A stretch of DNA of 64,000 nucleotides, taken from the NCBI GenBank assembly GCA_049587175.1, contig JBAVDL010000074.1, positions 34,118-98,117 of the forward strand, written 5' to 3'. The notes under the pieces are model-generated. The model did not search any database, was not told the DNA's origin, and was given only the letters and a program-made list of their open reading frames with translations. This document shows, one piece after another, positions 27,775 to 38,665 of the stretch. The stretch comes from Thermoactinomyces sp. GTDB taxonomy: Bacteria > Bacillota > Bacilli > Thermoactinomycetales > Thermoactinomycetaceae. A program made the translations under genes and the position numbers. Position 1 is the first letter of the stretch. Every line of letters starts with the position of its first letter.

Positions 27775-28569
27775 TTGAACAAGATTCGTGTCATATTGGC
27801 TGATGATAATCGGGAATTTGCCGATTTGTTAAAAGAACATTTGACAAATCAGGGCGATATTGAAGTGATTGGTGTGGCCCACCACGGGGGTGAAGTGATC
27901 GACCTGTTAAAGAAAGAAATTCCGGATGTTCTTGTACTTGATATCATTATGCCTCATCTGGACGGACTTGGCGTATTGGAACAAATTCATCAAATGGATC
28001 TGGAAGTTTTGCCAAAAGTAATCATGCTGACAGCCTTTGGACAGGAAAATATTACCCATCGGGCGGTAGAACTGGGAGCGTCATATTATATATTGAAGCC
28101 TTTTGATTTGGATGTGCTTACACATCGAATCCGGCAGATGAAGGGAATTTCCTCGAAGCCCGCGTTTATAAAAACGGGTGCTTCCACAGCTGTTTCCTCA
28201 GCCGGACAGAAAACAAACAATCTGGATGCCAATATTACCAATGTGATCCATGAAATTGGAGTTCCCGCCCATATCAAAGGCTATCTGTACCTGCGTGAAG
28301 CAATATCCATGGTTTATAACGAAGTGGATTTGCTGGGTGCGATCACCAAATCGTTGTATCCCCGGATTGCGGCCAAGTATAACACAACTCCCAGCCGGGT
28401 TGAACGGGCCATCCGTCATGCGATTGAGGTAGCATGGAACCGCGGGAACATGGATTCCATCCGTAATCTGTTTGGTTACACAATCAACGTGACAAAAGCA
28501 AAACCGACAAACAGCGAATTTATTGCCATGGTTGCGGACAAATTGCGAATTGAACATAAAGTCGTATAA
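27775..28569 (+). CDS. spo0A: Sporulation master regulator Spo0A
   Basis: Receiver domain (ILADDN...[10 protein letters not shown]) and the hallmark effector helix [19 protein letters not shown] start sits 8 nt after AGGAGG. Confidence 0.95.
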   Translation: MNKIRVILADDNREFADLLKEHLTNQGDIEVIGVAHHGGEVIDLLKKEIPDVLVLDIIMPHLDGLGVLEQIHQMDLEVLPKVIMLTAFGQENITHRAVELGASYYILKPFDLDVLTHRIRQMKGISSKPAFIKTGASTAVSSAGQKTNNLDANITNVIHEIGVPAHIKGYLYLREAISMVYNEVDLLGAITKSLYPRIAAKYNTTPSRVERAIRHAIEVAWNRGNMDSIRNLFGYTINVTKAKPTNSEFIAMVADKLRIEHKVV

Positions 28570-28587
28570 GCATTGTCAAATGTACCT

Positions 28588-28615
28588 GCCACTTCCTTGC
28601 AAGGGGTGGCTTTTT
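28588..28615 (+). terminator. Intrinsic terminator after spo0A
   Basis: GCCAC 28588-92 pairs with GTGGC 28606-10, with inner CCTT/AAGG pairing, then TTTTT. Confidence 0.6.
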
Positions 28616-28624
28616 GCGTATTTT

Positions 28625-28864
28625 TCAGCGGATTCGGACCCATTCGCAGCGATGTTGCCATAAACGATGTTGTTTTCGTGCCTCGACGATCTCCTTGTAA
28701 ATCATTTGCGCTTCTTCATAATTTTTGGCCTTTAAGGCCTGGCGAAATCTTTTGGTCAGCGGAGCCAATACCTCATGGTCAAAGATATTTGCCCGGGAGG
28801 TATATCTTGGTTTGGACGGGCGGTTTTCCTTAGCATTGCCGGAAGTTCTTTTTTTCCTGGCCAT
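28625..28864 (-). CDS. Small basic hypothetical protein (79 aa)
   Basis: ATG at 28864 follows SD aagggggag. MARKKRTSGNAKENRPSKPRYTS... The track ORF extends to 28906 without an SD. Confidence 0.5.
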   Translation of the reverse strand: MARKKRTSGNAKENRPSKPRYTSRANIFDHEVLAPLTKRFRQALKAKNYEEAQMIYKEIVEARKQHRLWQHRCEWVRIR

Positions 28865-28934
28865 ATTTTCTCCCCCTTTTTTGTAACAGGATATGTGCCG
28901 GGGCAAGAAAAGTGAAAAGGGGGAAATCGGTTAA

Positions 28935-28961
28935 AATAAAAAAATCCGCAACTGTGCGGAT
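28935..28961 (-). terminator. Intrinsic terminator of the small membrane-protein gene
   Basis: ATCCGCA 28944-50 pairs with TGCGGAT 28955-61. The plus-strand A8 gives a U-tract on the minus strand. Confidence 0.6.
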
Positions 28962-28967
28962 CAAAAA

Positions 28968-29228
28968 TCAGGGTGATGGTTGATGCCGGTTGTTTCGGAT
29001 ACGGTTTTTTTTGTAGTCGCGATAGTATATAAAACTGGCCGTGATTGCAATTCCGATCAGGAATAAAAGCATGCTTCCCAAAAAAAACAACCAGTCAAAG
29101 GGTTTTCCGGCAAAAAAATTATGCAGAATATCTTGCATCCATTGCCAGCCAAATATGGCGACAAGTCCGGGAATACAGACAATCAGGATAGCCATGATTC
29201 GCTCATGGATTGGTTTCAGGGGCTTCAT
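28968..29228 (-). CDS. Small two-TM membrane protein (YqzF/DUF2627-like by position upstream of bkdR)
   Basis: MKPLKPIHERIMAILIVCIPGLVAIFGWQW...LFFLGSMLLFLIGIAITASFIYY. The family guess is from memory and is tentative. The track start at 29294 lacks an SD. Confidence 0.5.
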   Translation of the reverse strand: MKPLKPIHERIMAILIVCIPGLVAIFGWQWMQDILHNFFAGKPFDWLFFLGSMLLFLIGIAITASFIYYRDYKKNRIRNNRHQPSP

Positions 29229-29351
29229 GAATACTGGAACCGTCCTTTCTTCGTCTCTGAAAAAATAATAACGCAATTGGCTGAATATTTCCACCGGGTT
29301 TAAAAAACAACAATATGATAAGATAGATGCGGGTGAAAGGAGGGATTCTCT

Positions 29352-31409
29352 ATGCAGACGTTTCTGATTGTAGGGGGCGGCCAGGGAGGAGTTGCCATTC
29401 TGAAAACCCTGCTGGCTGCTGAATCGGTTCGGGTGATCGGTGTAGTTGACTTGCGTTCAGATGCTCCTGCAATTCTGGAAGCCAAAAAACATGGAATCCC
29501 GACCGGTGAAAGAGTGGAACCGTTTCTGAAATTGGCGCCAGATGTAATCATGGAAGCAACAGGCAATCCCCAGGTGCTGGAAATGCTTGAAGAGCTGAAG
29601 GATGAAAGTGCTCTTCTGATTTCGGGAACGGTCATCAATCTGTTTATCCGTCTGATTGAAGAAAAAGAGCAATGGTTTATCGCATGGAAACAAAGACAGC
29701 AGGAACTGGAGACAATTCTGGATTCGATGCATGATGGTATGATTGCCGTCAACGGGCAGGCGAGGATTACGTTGTTTAACCGGGCGGCAGAGCGGATGAT
29801 CGGCATGTCTGTCAACTCCGTTCTGGGCCGGAAAATTACAGAAGTGATTCCCAATTCCCGTTTGGAGTGGGTTTTATTAAATGGACGACCGGAATTAAAC
29901 AAGAAATTTGTGCTGCCTGGCGGGATGGAAATTGTAACCAATCGTGTGCCGGTTACCGATCAGGGCGGAAAAGTGATTGGAGCTGTAGCCGTATTTCGGG
30001 ATATAAGTGAACTTAAAAATCTGTCCCAGCAAATTATTGACCTGGAAAGTATGAAGAGTCTGCTGCAAGCCATTATAGATTCTTCCGAAGATGCCATCTC
30101 AGTGGTTGATGCCAATGGAACAGGTATTCTGATTAATCCTGCATATACCCGCCTGACGGGCCTCAAGCCGGAAGATATTATTGGCAAACCGGCGGAAACA
30201 GATATTTCTGAGGGAGAAAGCATGCACAGGAAGGTGCTGCGGACGAAACAGCCGGTACGTGGTGTACAAATGAAGGTTGGGCCCAATCGGAAAGAGGTTT
30301 TTGTTAATGTGGCACCGATTGTGATCGATGGTGAATTAAAAGGCAGTGTGGGAATTATATATGATGTTTCGGAGATCAAGCAGTTGTACAAGGATCTGGA
30401 GCGGGCACGCCGGATTATTCGTACTCTGGAGGCAAAATATACATTTGATGATATCATTGGCAACTCGGAAGCAATGAAGGTTTGTATTGAGCAGGCTAAA
30501 CAGGCTGCGAAGACGAGGGCTACCGTCCTGTTGAGAGGGGAATCAGGAACGGGCAAGGAACTGTTTGCCCATGCGATCCATAATGCAAGCGACCGTAAAT
30601 ACAACCAGTTTGTACGGGTGAATTGTGCGGCTTTGTCGGAAACATTACTGGAAAGTGAGCTGTTTGGATATGAAGAAGGCGCTTTTACCGGTGCCAGGAG
30701 GGGGGGAAAAAAAGGCCTGTTTGAGGAAGCGAATGGCGGGACCATTTTTCTTGATGAAATTGGCGAGTTAAAACCGAGTACGCAGGCAAAGTTGTTGCGT
30801 GTGTTGCAGGAAAAAGAGGTTTTGCGTGTAGGAGGCACCAAATCAATTCCAATTGACGTCCGGGTCATCGCTGCCACCAATGTATACCTGGAAAAGGCGA
30901 TCCAGGAAAAAAGGTTCCGGGAAGATCTGTTTTATCGGTTAAATGTATTGCCAATCCAGATTTCTCCCCTGCGCATGCGGAAAGAAGATCTTGTCGATCT
31001 GGCCATGCACTTGATCAAGAAGTTTAACCAGGAATATGGAAGAAATGTAGAAGAGATAGATATGGAAGCTGTTCAGACTCTGCTTCAGTACTCCTGGCCG
31101 GGAAATGTCCGTGAGCTTGAAAATGTTTTGGGGCGGGCGATGATCAATATGAAGTTTAATGAGGTTGTCATGAGAAAAAAACATTTGCCTCCCCTGGATT
31201 TATATCAGATCAAGGAAACCGGAAAGGATAGTGACACACTGGATCCGGATGAGACAAGGCCTCTGAAAGAGGTACTTTCCGAAACGGAAAAAATGTATAT
31301 CAAAAAAATCTATGAAAAGACCGGAAAAAACAAGACAGAAACAGCCCGGTTACTGGAGATTTCCGTAAGAAATTTGTATTATAAACTGGAGCGATATAAT
31401 TTGCTTTGA
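29352..31409 (+). CDS. bkdR: Sigma-54-dependent transcriptional activator BkdR (PAS domains, AAA+, HTH)
   Basis: 685 aa. GESGTGKE Walker A, GAFTGA loop (EGAFTGA), C-terminal Fis-type HTH. Located upstream of the ptb-bkd operon. Confidence 0.9.
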   Translation: MQTFLIVGGGQGGVAILKTLLAAESVRVIGVVDLRSDAPAILEAKKHGIPTGERVEPFLKLAPDVIMEATGNPQVLEMLEELKDESALLISGTVINLFIRLIEEKEQWFIAWKQRQQELETILDSMHDGMIAVNGQARITLFNRAAERMIGMSVNSVLGRKITEVIPNSRLEWVLLNGRPELNKKFVLPGGMEIVTNRVPVTDQGGKVIGAVAVFRDISELKNLSQQIIDLESMKSLLQAIIDSSEDAISVVDANGTGILINPAYTRLTGLKPEDIIGKPAETDISEGESMHRKVLRTKQPVRGVQMKVGPNRKEVFVNVAPIVIDGELKGSVGIIYDVSEIKQLYKDLERARRIIRTLEAKYTFDDIIGNSEAMKVCIEQAKQAAKTRATVLLRGESGTGKELFAHAIHNASDRKYNQFVRVNCAALSETLLESELFGYEEGAFTGARRGGKKGLFEEANGGTIFLDEIGELKPSTQAKLLRVLQEKEVLRVGGTKSIPIDVRVIAATNVYLEKAIQEKRFREDLFYRLNVLPIQISPLRMRKEDLVDLAMHLIKKFNQEYGRNVEEIDMEAVQTLLQYSWPGNVRELENVLGRAMINMKFNEVVMRKKHLPPLDLYQIKETGKDSDTLDPDETRPLKEVLSETEKMYIKKIYEKTGKNKTETARLLEISVRNLYYKLERYNLL

Positions 31410-31542
31410 TTTTGCAAAAAACTTCATGAAAAAAATTTCACACTATGTGCAAATGATTGCAAAAAAGTTAAGCTTGGATCAAGCGGTTAAAATATCAATA
31501 AATATTAATAAAATCACCGCTTGTTCATTCTTTCTTCAAAGT

Positions 31543-31558
31543 TGGCATAGCTTTTGCA
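31543..31558 (+). promoter_or_regulatory. Sigma-54 (-24/-12) promoter of the ptb-bkd operon
   Basis: TGGCAT-agctt-TTGCA has canonical GG-N10-GC spacing (GG 31544-45, GC 31556-57). Located about 85 nt upstream of ptb. Confidence 0.8.
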
Positions 31559-31643
31559 TAATTGCAGGATGACCGGCGAAACTGATAGTATTAATTTCTT
31601 TTTAAAAAAACATGGCAAATTGCCGGGATGAGAGGTGTGCAGG

Positions 31644-32549
31644 ATGATTAGAACATTTGATGAGGTACTGAAAAAAGCCGAGTCCTTGCCTTCCGTTACA
31701 GTTGCCGTAGCAGCAGCAGATGACAGGGATGTGCTGGAGGCTGTCCAAAATGCGATTTCGCATGGGATTGCGGAATTCCTGCTGTTTGGGAACAAGGAAA
31801 AAATCAGGGAAATCAGTCAGGAAATCGGCTTGCAACTGGATGAGGACCGGATTTTCCATGCGGATTCTGCCGGACAAGCTTCCAGGATGGCTGTTGCTGC
31901 TGTGCGGGATCAAAAAGCGGATGTTGTAATGAAAGGGATGGTTCAAACTGCAGATTTTCTGCGTGCCATTCTCAACAAGGAAAAGGGACTGAGAACAGGC
32001 AAGGTTTTGAGCCATGTTGCTACATTTGAAGTACCAGGATACGATTATCTCATTCATGTAACAGATCCGGCATTAAATGTAGCACCTGCCTTGCCGGAGA
32101 AAGTACAAATCGTTGAAAATGTCATTCAGTATTGCCATTCCCTTGGAAATGAAAATCCAAAAGTGGCTGTATTAGGTGCTGTTGAAGTGGTCAATCCAAA
32201 CATGGAAGCAACACTGGATGCAGCAGCCCTTTCACAAATGAATCGCCGCGGTCAAATCAAGGGTGCTGTCATCGACGGGCCTTTTGCGCTGGATAACGCT
32301 GTTTCTGTCAAAGCTGCCGAGCATAAAGGAATTGAAAGCCCCGTGGCCGGCAAGGCTGACGTGCTGTTGGTTCCGGACATTAATGCAGGAAACATGCTGT
32401 ACAAATCAATGGTATACTTTGCAAAAAGCAAAATTGGCGCGGTCGTATTGGGAGCAGCAGCACCTGTTGTATTGACATCCCGTGCAGATTCTCCTGAATC
32501 CAAACTTTATTCAATTGCTTTGGCAGTTGTTCAATCTGCCTATAAATAA
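31644..32549 (+). CDS. ptb: Phosphate butyryltransferase
   Basis: MIRTFDEVLKKA...; Pta/Ptb fold. First gene after the sigma-54 promoter, as in B. subtilis. Confidence 0.9.
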   Translation: MIRTFDEVLKKAESLPSVTVAVAAADDRDVLEAVQNAISHGIAEFLLFGNKEKIREISQEIGLQLDEDRIFHADSAGQASRMAVAAVRDQKADVVMKGMVQTADFLRAILNKEKGLRTGKVLSHVATFEVPGYDYLIHVTDPALNVAPALPEKVQIVENVIQYCHSLGNENPKVAVLGAVEVVNPNMEATLDAAALSQMNRRGQIKGAVIDGPFALDNAVSVKAAEHKGIESPVAGKADVLLVPDINAGNMLYKSMVYFAKSKIGAVVLGAAAPVVLTSRADSPESKLYSIALAVVQSAYK

Positions 32550-32581
32550 TAAGAAACATTCTTCAATTGGATTCCTGGAAT

Positions 32582-32637
32582 AAAAAAAGAAAAAAAGTAG
32601 TACCTCCTGTTAAAAGGCTATTAACAGTGGAGGTACT
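32582..32637 (-). terminator. Strong hairpin whose U-tract exists only on the minus strand (ptb-bcd spacer)
   Basis: AGTACCTCC 32599-607 pairs with GGAGGTACT 32629-37, plus TGTTAA/TTAACA. The plus strand has the A-run (32582-96) before the stem and no T-run after it. Confidence 0.45.
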
Positions 32638-32858
32638 CAATTGAGAGCATTCTTGCAATTTAGCAATTTGGCAAATGAATGATTCAAGTTAATTTTATGT
32701 AGTTTTTTTGCAAAAAACAAGCATCTTGCAAATTTTCTAAACAAATTTATTTTAATTTTGGCTGAAATGACTTTGATATAGATAATCTTTTGGGGTTCAA
32801 GGCGGTTTCTGACTTTTGGCATGAAGCAAAACCGTCTGTTTCAAGTATTGGTCTTGTT

Positions 32859-32873
32859 TGGCATTTTCTTGCA
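32859..32873 (+). promoter_or_regulatory. Sigma-54-like element upstream of bcd (spacing 1 nt short)
   Basis: TGGCAT-tttc-TTGCA. GG 32860-61 to GC 32871-72 is offset 11, whereas the canonical offset is 12. Confidence 0.3.
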
Positions 32874-32971
32874 GTACAACTAAAAAGAGGGTTGGAAAGC
32901 AAATAATATATAGTATACGGATAGTAAAGCTGATTGATCGGTAAAAAAGCACATTAGAGGGATGATACAAA

Positions 32972-34072
32972 ATGATTATTTTTGATTACATGGAAAAATA
33001 TGATTATGAACAATTGGTTTTCTGTCATGATGAAGCGTCCGGGCTCAAGGCGATTATCTGTATCCATGACACTACCCTGGGGCCGGCTTTGGGCGGAACG
33101 CGCATGTGGACCTATGATTCTGAAGAAGCAGCGATTGAGGATGCGCTTCGCCTGGGCAGGGGAATGACCTACAAAAATGCTGCTGCCGGGTTGAATCTTG
33201 GCGGGGGCAAAACCGTCGTGATCGGGGATCCAAAAAAAGATAAAAACGAAGAGATGTTCCGGGCATTGGGACGCTTTATCCAAGGGTTAAACGGACGTTA
33301 TATTACGGCTGAAGATGTAGGAACAACTGTGGAAGATATGGATATTATCCATGAAGAAACCCGCTATGTTACAGGAGTTTCCCCCGCTTTCGGTTCAAGC
33401 GGCAACCCGTCACCGGTAACGGCCTATGGTGTATACCGCGGAATGAAAGCGGCTTCAAAAGAAGCATTTGGTGACGATTCACTCAAAGATAGAGTGATTG
33501 CCATTCAAGGGGTCGGGCATGTCGCATATACTTTGTGTAAATACCTGCATGAAGAGGGTGCGAAATTGGTTGTAACAGATATCAACAAGGAAAATGCAGA
33601 ACGTGCGGTGAAAGAATTTGGCGCTGAAGCGGTTGATCCGGATAAAATCTATGATGTGGAATGTGACATTTTTTCTCCATGTGCCCTGGGTGCTGTAATC
33701 AATGATGAAACAATCGACCGGTTGAAATGCAAAGTCGTAGCAGGATCGGCCAATAACCAGTTAAAGGAAGAACGCCACGGGGACATGCTTGAAGAAAAAG
33801 GGATTGTATATGCACCCGATTATGTCATCAATGCCGGTGGCGTGATCAATGTGGCTGACGAACTCCTTGGTTATAACCGGGAACGGGCCATGAAAAAAGT
33901 GGAAGGAATCTATGACAATATCCTGAAAGTTTTCGAAATCGCAAAACGGGACGGGATTCCAAGTTATCTCGCAGCTGATCGTATGGCTGAAGAACGGATT
34001 GAAAAAATACGTAAAACTAGAAGTAATTTCTTGCAAAACGAACGAAGTCTATTAAACTTTAATTTGAAATAA
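32972..34072 (+). CDS. bcd: Leucine (branched-chain amino acid) dehydrogenase
   Basis: 366 aa. Catalytic-lysine region [14 protein letters not shown]. Glu/Leu/Phe/Val dehydrogenase fold. Confidence 0.9.
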   Translation: MIIFDYMEKYDYEQLVFCHDEASGLKAIICIHDTTLGPALGGTRMWTYDSEEAAIEDALRLGRGMTYKNAAAGLNLGGGKTVVIGDPKKDKNEEMFRALGRFIQGLNGRYITAEDVGTTVEDMDIIHEETRYVTGVSPAFGSSGNPSPVTAYGVYRGMKAASKEAFGDDSLKDRVIAIQGVGHVAYTLCKYLHEEGAKLVVTDINKENAERAVKEFGAEAVDPDKIYDVECDIFSPCALGAVINDETIDRLKCKVVAGSANNQLKEERHGDMLEEKGIVYAPDYVINAGGVINVADELLGYNRERAMKKVEGIYDNILKVFEIAKRDGIPSYLAADRMAEERIEKIRKTRSNFLQNERSLLNFNLK

Positions 34073-34103
34073 CAGTTTAAATTGAGGGCTAACTAGAAAT
34101 GGA

Positions 34104-35219
34104 GTGTTGAAGGTGGAACCGATTCGGGTTTTGGCGATTAACCCAGGGTCAACTTCAACAAAAATTGGCGTCTTTGACGATGAAAAGTCAATTTTGGTTG
34201 AAACGTTGCGACATAATGCAGATGAGATTGCACAGTTTGACGAGTTGTTTGATCAGTATCCGTTTCGCAAGCAGGTAATACTGGATACCCTTGATCATGA
34301 AGGAATTAACCTGAATCGGCTTGATGCTGTGGTGGCACGCGGGGGATTATTGAGACCGATTCCCGGTGGAACTTATGAGGTTAGCGACGAAATGATCAAG
34401 GATTTGCGGTCTGAGAAATATGGTGTTCACGCCTCCAATCTCGGTGCAATTATAGCACAGGAAATCGCTGGTCAACTGAATATTCCCTCGTATATTGTTG
34501 ATCCCGTCGTTGTAGATGAAATGGAGCCGGTTGCCCGGCTTTCGGGTATTCCGCAAATTGAACGGAAGAGCATTTTCCATGCGCTAAACCAAAAGGCAGT
34601 TGCCCGGCGGGTAGCGAAAAAGATTGGCCAATCCTATGAAGAGAGCCGGTTTATCGTGGTTCATATGGGAGGCGGCATTACTGTCGGGATACACAAAAAT
34701 GGCCGGGTAATTGATGTGAATAACGGGTTGAATGGAGATGGTCCTTTCTCTCCTGAACGTTCCGGTACGCTTCCGGTGGCTGATCTTGTTTCTCTTTGCT
34801 TTTCCGGTAAATATCGTTTGGGCGAAATCATGCAAATGATTGTCGGCCGCGGGGGACTGGTTGGTTATTTGGGTACCAACGATGCTCGTGATGTAGAAGA
34901 GATGATTGAAAAAGGAGATAAAAAAGCTGCTCTTGTCTATGAGGCAATGGCCTATCAGGTAGCAAAAGAGGTCGGATCGGCTTCCACGGTGTTGTCCGGG
35001 AATGTGGATGCGATTATTCTTACCGGCGGTTTGGCCTATGGAGAATCATTTGTTCAAATGATTCGAAAGCGGGTCGACTGGATTGCTCCTGTTCATATCT
35101 TCCCGGGAGAAAATGAATTGCAGGCTTTGGCAGAAGGGGCTCTTCGTGTGATACGCGGTGAAGAAGACGCCAAAACATATCCACCTTTGGAAAAAGGAGT
35201 CGAGGTAATACATGGCTGA
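34104..35219 (+). CDS. buk: Butyrate (branched-chain acyl) kinase
   Basis: [22 protein letters not shown] motif. Start may be GTG 34113. Confidence 0.9.
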   Translation: MLKVEPIRVLAINPGSTSTKIGVFDDEKSILVETLRHNADEIAQFDELFDQYPFRKQVILDTLDHEGINLNRLDAVVARGGLLRPIPGGTYEVSDEMIKDLRSEKYGVHASNLGAIIAQEIAGQLNIPSYIVDPVVVDEMEPVARLSGIPQIERKSIFHALNQKAVARRVAKKIGQSYEESRFIVVHMGGGITVGIHKNGRVIDVNNGLNGDGPFSPERSGTLPVADLVSLCFSGKYRLGEIMQMIVGRGGLVGYLGTNDARDVEEMIEKGDKKAALVYEAMAYQVAKEVGSASTVLSGNVDAIILTGGLAYGESFVQMIRKRVDWIAPVHIFPGENELQALAEGALRVIRGEEDAKTYPPLEKGVEVIHG

Positions 35220-36636
35220 GAATTACGATCTCGTCGTGTTGGGGGCAGGGCCCGGCGGTTATGTTGCCGCTGCCCGCGCCGCCCAACTGGGGATGAAAGT
35301 TGCTGTCGTCGAGAAGGAAAAAGTGGGTGGCGTTTGTTTGCATAAAGGATGTATCCCGACAAAAACACTTCTCAGAAGTGCGGAAATGTATCAGGGTATA
35401 AAGGAAAGCCGGGACTACGGAATCAAAGTCGGGGAAGTTGAACTGGATTTTGGTCTGGTACAAAAACGGAAGCAAAAAGTGGTTGATCAGTTGCACAAAG
35501 GAGTGCAAGGTCTGTTAAAGAAAAACAGGGTTGATGTTTATTACGGTACAGGCCGCATATTGGGGACTTCGATTTTTTCGCCGCTTCCGGGTACCATTTC
35601 TGTGGAAAAAAATGATGGCAGTGAACCCGTGATTCTGGTGCCCAAACATGTGTTAATTGCAACAGGATCAAGGCCAAAAACACTTCCAGGTCTGGAAATA
35701 GATGGCGAATTTGTAATGAATTCTGATCATGCACTAAATATGGACAAATTGCCGGAATCGATCGTCATTATTGGAGGAGGCGTAATCGGGGTTGAGTGGG
35801 CTTCCCTGCTGAGTGACTTTGGCGTGGAAGTTACGATTGTCGAATACCTGGATCGCATCTTGCCGCTTGAAGACGAAGAAGTAAGCAAAGAGATTACACG
35901 AATCTTCAAGAAACGAAAAATAAAAATCATGACCAGCACCAGGGTACTTCCTGAAACCGTTTCCATTGAAGACGGAAAAGTTACCCTGCAGGCGGAAAAG
36001 GGTGGAAAAACCGTCACATTGACGGCAGACCGTGCGCTGGTATCAGTCGGGCGCGAGGCAAATATTGATGATATTGGTCTGAACAACACCGCCATCAAAA
36101 TTGAAAAAGGTGTTATTCAGGTAAACCGGTTTATGCAGACCGAGGAAAGCCATATTTATGCCATAGGTGATGTTACAGGAGGATACCAGCTGGCGCATGT
36201 TGCTTCCCATGAGGGAATCCTCGCTGTAGAACATATGGCTGGAAGGAAAACGGATCCGATTGATCCGTTAACAATCCCGCGTTGCACATACAGCCGTCCG
36301 GAAGTGGGAAGCATTGGTCTGACCGAAACGCAGGCAAAGGAACAGGGCTATGAAGTGAAAGTCGGGAAATTCCCGTTCCGTGCCATTGGCAAATCATTGG
36401 TAATGGGGGAATTGGACGGATTCGTAAAAATCATTTCCGACCGGAAAACGGATGATCTGCTGGGTGTTCATATCATTGGTCCGCATGCAACCGAATTAAT
36501 TTCCGAAGCAGGTTTGGCTAAAATTCTGGATGCAACTGCCTGGGAGATTGCCCATACGATTCATCCGCATCCAACTCTGTCTGAAGTTTATATGGAGGCT
36601 GCGTTGTCAGTTGATAGCAAACCGATTCACGGATGA
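35212..36636 (+). CDS. lpdV: Dihydrolipoyl dehydrogenase (E3) of the BCKDH complex
   Basis: [13 protein letters not shown] motif and redox disulfide [13 protein letters not shown]. Confidence 0.9.
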   Translation: MAENYDLVVLGAGPGGYVAAARAAQLGMKVAVVEKEKVGGVCLHKGCIPTKTLLRSAEMYQGIKESRDYGIKVGEVELDFGLVQKRKQKVVDQLHKGVQGLLKKNRVDVYYGTGRILGTSIFSPLPGTISVEKNDGSEPVILVPKHVLIATGSRPKTLPGLEIDGEFVMNSDHALNMDKLPESIVIIGGGVIGVEWASLLSDFGVEVTIVEYLDRILPLEDEEVSKEITRIFKKRKIKIMTSTRVLPETVSIEDGKVTLQAEKGGKTVTLTADRALVSVGREANIDDIGLNNTAIKIEKGVIQVNRFMQTEESHIYAIGDVTGGYQLAHVASHEGILAVEHMAGRKTDPIDPLTIPRCTYSRPEVGSIGLTETQAKEQGYEVKVGKFPFRAIGKSLVMGELDGFVKIISDRKTDDLLGVHIIGPHATELISEAGLAKILDATAWEIAHTIHPHPTLSEVYMEAALSVDSKPIHG

Positions 36637-36650
36637 AAGGAGAAAGGCAG

Positions 36651-37640
36651 ATGAGCCAATTAAACCACCGGAACCTGGGATTGAGTGATGATCAGGTTTT
36701 GGAAATGTATCGCTATATGCTTTTGGCCCGTAAAATTGATGAACGCATGTGGCTTTTGAACAGGGCAGGCAAAATTCCTTTTGTTATTTCCTGTCAGGGG
36801 CAGGAAGCCATTCAGGTGGGGGCTGCATTTGCGCTGGATCGTAAAAAAGACTGGCTTTGCCCTTATTATCGTGATCTGGGCATGATTTTGGCATTTGGCC
36901 AGACAGCCAAAGAACAAATGTTGTCGGCCTTTGCCAAAGCGGGAGATCCAAACAGCGGCGGACGTCAAATGCCTGGGCATTACGGCGATAAACGATTCCG
37001 CATTCTGACCGGTTCCAGTCCTGTTACCACGCAGGTACTGCATGCTGTAGGGATTGCGTATGCCGGGAAGTTGCAACAGAAAGATCATGTTGTACTGACC
37101 ACAAACGGTGATGGTTCCAGCAACCAGGGAGATTGGCATGAAGCCTGCAACTTTGCCGGTGTTCACAAGTTGCCGGTCATCTTTATGGTAGAGAACAACC
37201 AGTATGCGATTTCGGTGCCGCTGAAAAAACAGGTAGCCGGCGGTGAGATCTGGAAACGCGCAGAAGGATACGGATTCCCGGGAATAAAAGTGGACGGAAA
37301 CAATCCTTTGGCTGTCTATCAGGCAGTGAAAGAAGCTGCAGCACGTGCCCGGAACGGCGAAGGCCCCACATTGATCGAAGCGGTCGCCTATCGGCTTGTT
37401 CCTCATTCCAGTGATGATGATGACCGTACCTACCGGACACGGGAAGAAGTGGAAGAGGCCAAGAAAAAAGACCCGATGATCCAGTTCAGGAACTATCTGA
37501 TTGAACAGGGGGTTTTGAGCGACGAACTGGATCAGGAGATCAACAAGGCTATTACAAGTGAGGTTAATGAAGCAACGGATTATGCAGAAAAAGCACCTTA
37601 TCCGGAGCCTGAAACAATTTGCAACCATGTATATGCCTAA
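36651..37640 (+). CDS. bkdAA: Branched-chain 2-oxoacid dehydrogenase E1 alpha
   Basis: TPP motif GDGSSNQGDWHEACNFAG. The ATG at 36651 follows aaaggagaaagg; the track start is 36633. Confidence 0.9.
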   Translation: MSQLNHRNLGLSDDQVLEMYRYMLLARKIDERMWLLNRAGKIPFVISCQGQEAIQVGAAFALDRKKDWLCPYYRDLGMILAFGQTAKEQMLSAFAKAGDPNSGGRQMPGHYGDKRFRILTGSSPVTTQVLHAVGIAYAGKLQQKDHVVLTTNGDGSSNQGDWHEACNFAGVHKLPVIFMVENNQYAISVPLKKQVAGGEIWKRAEGYGFPGIKVDGNNPLAVYQAVKEAAARARNGEGPTLIEAVAYRLVPHSSDDDDRTYRTREEVEEAKKKDPMIQFRNYLIEQGVLSDELDQEINKAITSEVNEATDYAEKAPYPEPETICNHVYA

Positions 37641-37661
37641 TATAAGCAGGGGGAGAAAACT

Positions 37662-38645
37662 ATGCCAGTCATTTCCTATATAGATGCGGTGACACAAGCG
37701 CTTATGGAAGAAATGAGACGGGATCCAAGTGTCTTCGTGCTTGGAGAAGATGTTGGTGTCCGGGGCGGCGTCTTTCGTGCCACAGTCGGCCTTTATGAAG
37801 AGTTCGGCTCTGACCGGGTGCTTGATACGCCGCTGACGGAATCTGCAATCGTCGGCGTTGGAATCGGTGCAGCGGCATATGGTATGCGTCCGGTTGCAGA
37901 AATCCAGTTTGCAGATTTTATCATGCCGGCATTTAACCAGATTGTTAGTGAAGCTGCAAGAATCCGTTATCGTTCAAACGGGGACTGGAATGTACCAATG
38001 GTGATTCGCGCGCCTTACGGCGGCGGTGTCCACGGAGCATTGTACCATTCGCAAAGCGTGGAAAAACTTTTTACCGGCGTACCCGGATTGAAAATTGTTA
38101 TGCCTTCTACCCCATACGATGTGAAAGGATTGTTAAAGGCGGCCATACGTGATGACGATCCCGTGCTGTTTTTCGAGCACAAACGCTGTTACCGGCTGAT
38201 CAAGGGCGACGTGCCTGTTGAGGATTATACGCTGCCGATTGGCAAGGCTGATGTAAAACGGGAAGGAAGCGATGTGACCGTCATTACCTATGGGCTGATG
38301 GTACATTATGCATTGCAGGCGGCTGAGCAACTGGAAAAAGAGGGTATCAGCACACATGTGCTTGATTTGCGCACGTTGATTCCACTTGATAAAGAAGCGG
38401 TTCTGGAAGCAGTCAAAAAAACCGGCAAAGTACTGATTGTACACGAGGATAACAAAACCGGCGGATTTGGCGGGGAAGTAGCTGCTGTTATTTCCGAAGA
38501 AGCCTTCTTTGAATTGGATGCTCCCATCCAGCGCCTTTGCGGTCCGGATGTTCCGGCAATGCCGTATAGTCCGCCCCTTGAAAGAGAGTTTATGTTAAAT
38601 CCGGATAAAATTGCGGATGCAATTCGCGAACTTGCAGAATTCTAA
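37662..38645 (+). CDS. bkdAB: Branched-chain 2-oxoacid dehydrogenase E1 beta
   Basis: 327 aa. VFVLGEDVG..GGVFR...TPLTE transketolase-like beta subunit. Confidence 0.95.
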   Translation: MPVISYIDAVTQALMEEMRRDPSVFVLGEDVGVRGGVFRATVGLYEEFGSDRVLDTPLTESAIVGVGIGAAAYGMRPVAEIQFADFIMPAFNQIVSEAARIRYRSNGDWNVPMVIRAPYGGGVHGALYHSQSVEKLFTGVPGLKIVMPSTPYDVKGLLKAAIRDDDPVLFFEHKRCYRLIKGDVPVEDYTLPIGKADVKREGSDVTVITYGLMVHYALQAAEQLEKEGISTHVLDLRTLIPLDKEAVLEAVKKTGKVLIVHEDNKTGGFGGEVAAVISEEAFFELDAPIQRLCGPDVPAMPYSPPLEREFMLNPDKIADAIRELAEF

Positions 38646-38665
38646 GCAAATGAGGAGGTTCCTGT

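Noticed and set aside
29300-30880. Two long minus-strand ORFs (213 and 306 aa) inside bkdR
   Set aside because: They are antisense to the AAA+/PAS frame that carries the GESGTGKE and GAFTGA motifs. The products are Ser/Arg/Pro-rich and implausible, and there are no ribosome-binding sites.
32637-32822. 61-aa minus-strand ORF in the ptb-bcd spacer
   Set aside because: The peptide is Lys/Asn/Phe-rich and low-complexity, encoded in AT-rich DNA, with no SD. A minus-oriented terminator does lie downstream, so a non-coding transcript is not excluded (see finding).
36660-37697. 345-aa minus-strand ORF spanning the whole of bkdAA
   Set aside because: It is antisense to a frame with unmistakable E1-alpha motifs (TPP-binding GDGSSNQGD...). 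The translation is Cys/Phe/Ile-rich and low-complexity, with no SD. This is a typical shadow ORF.
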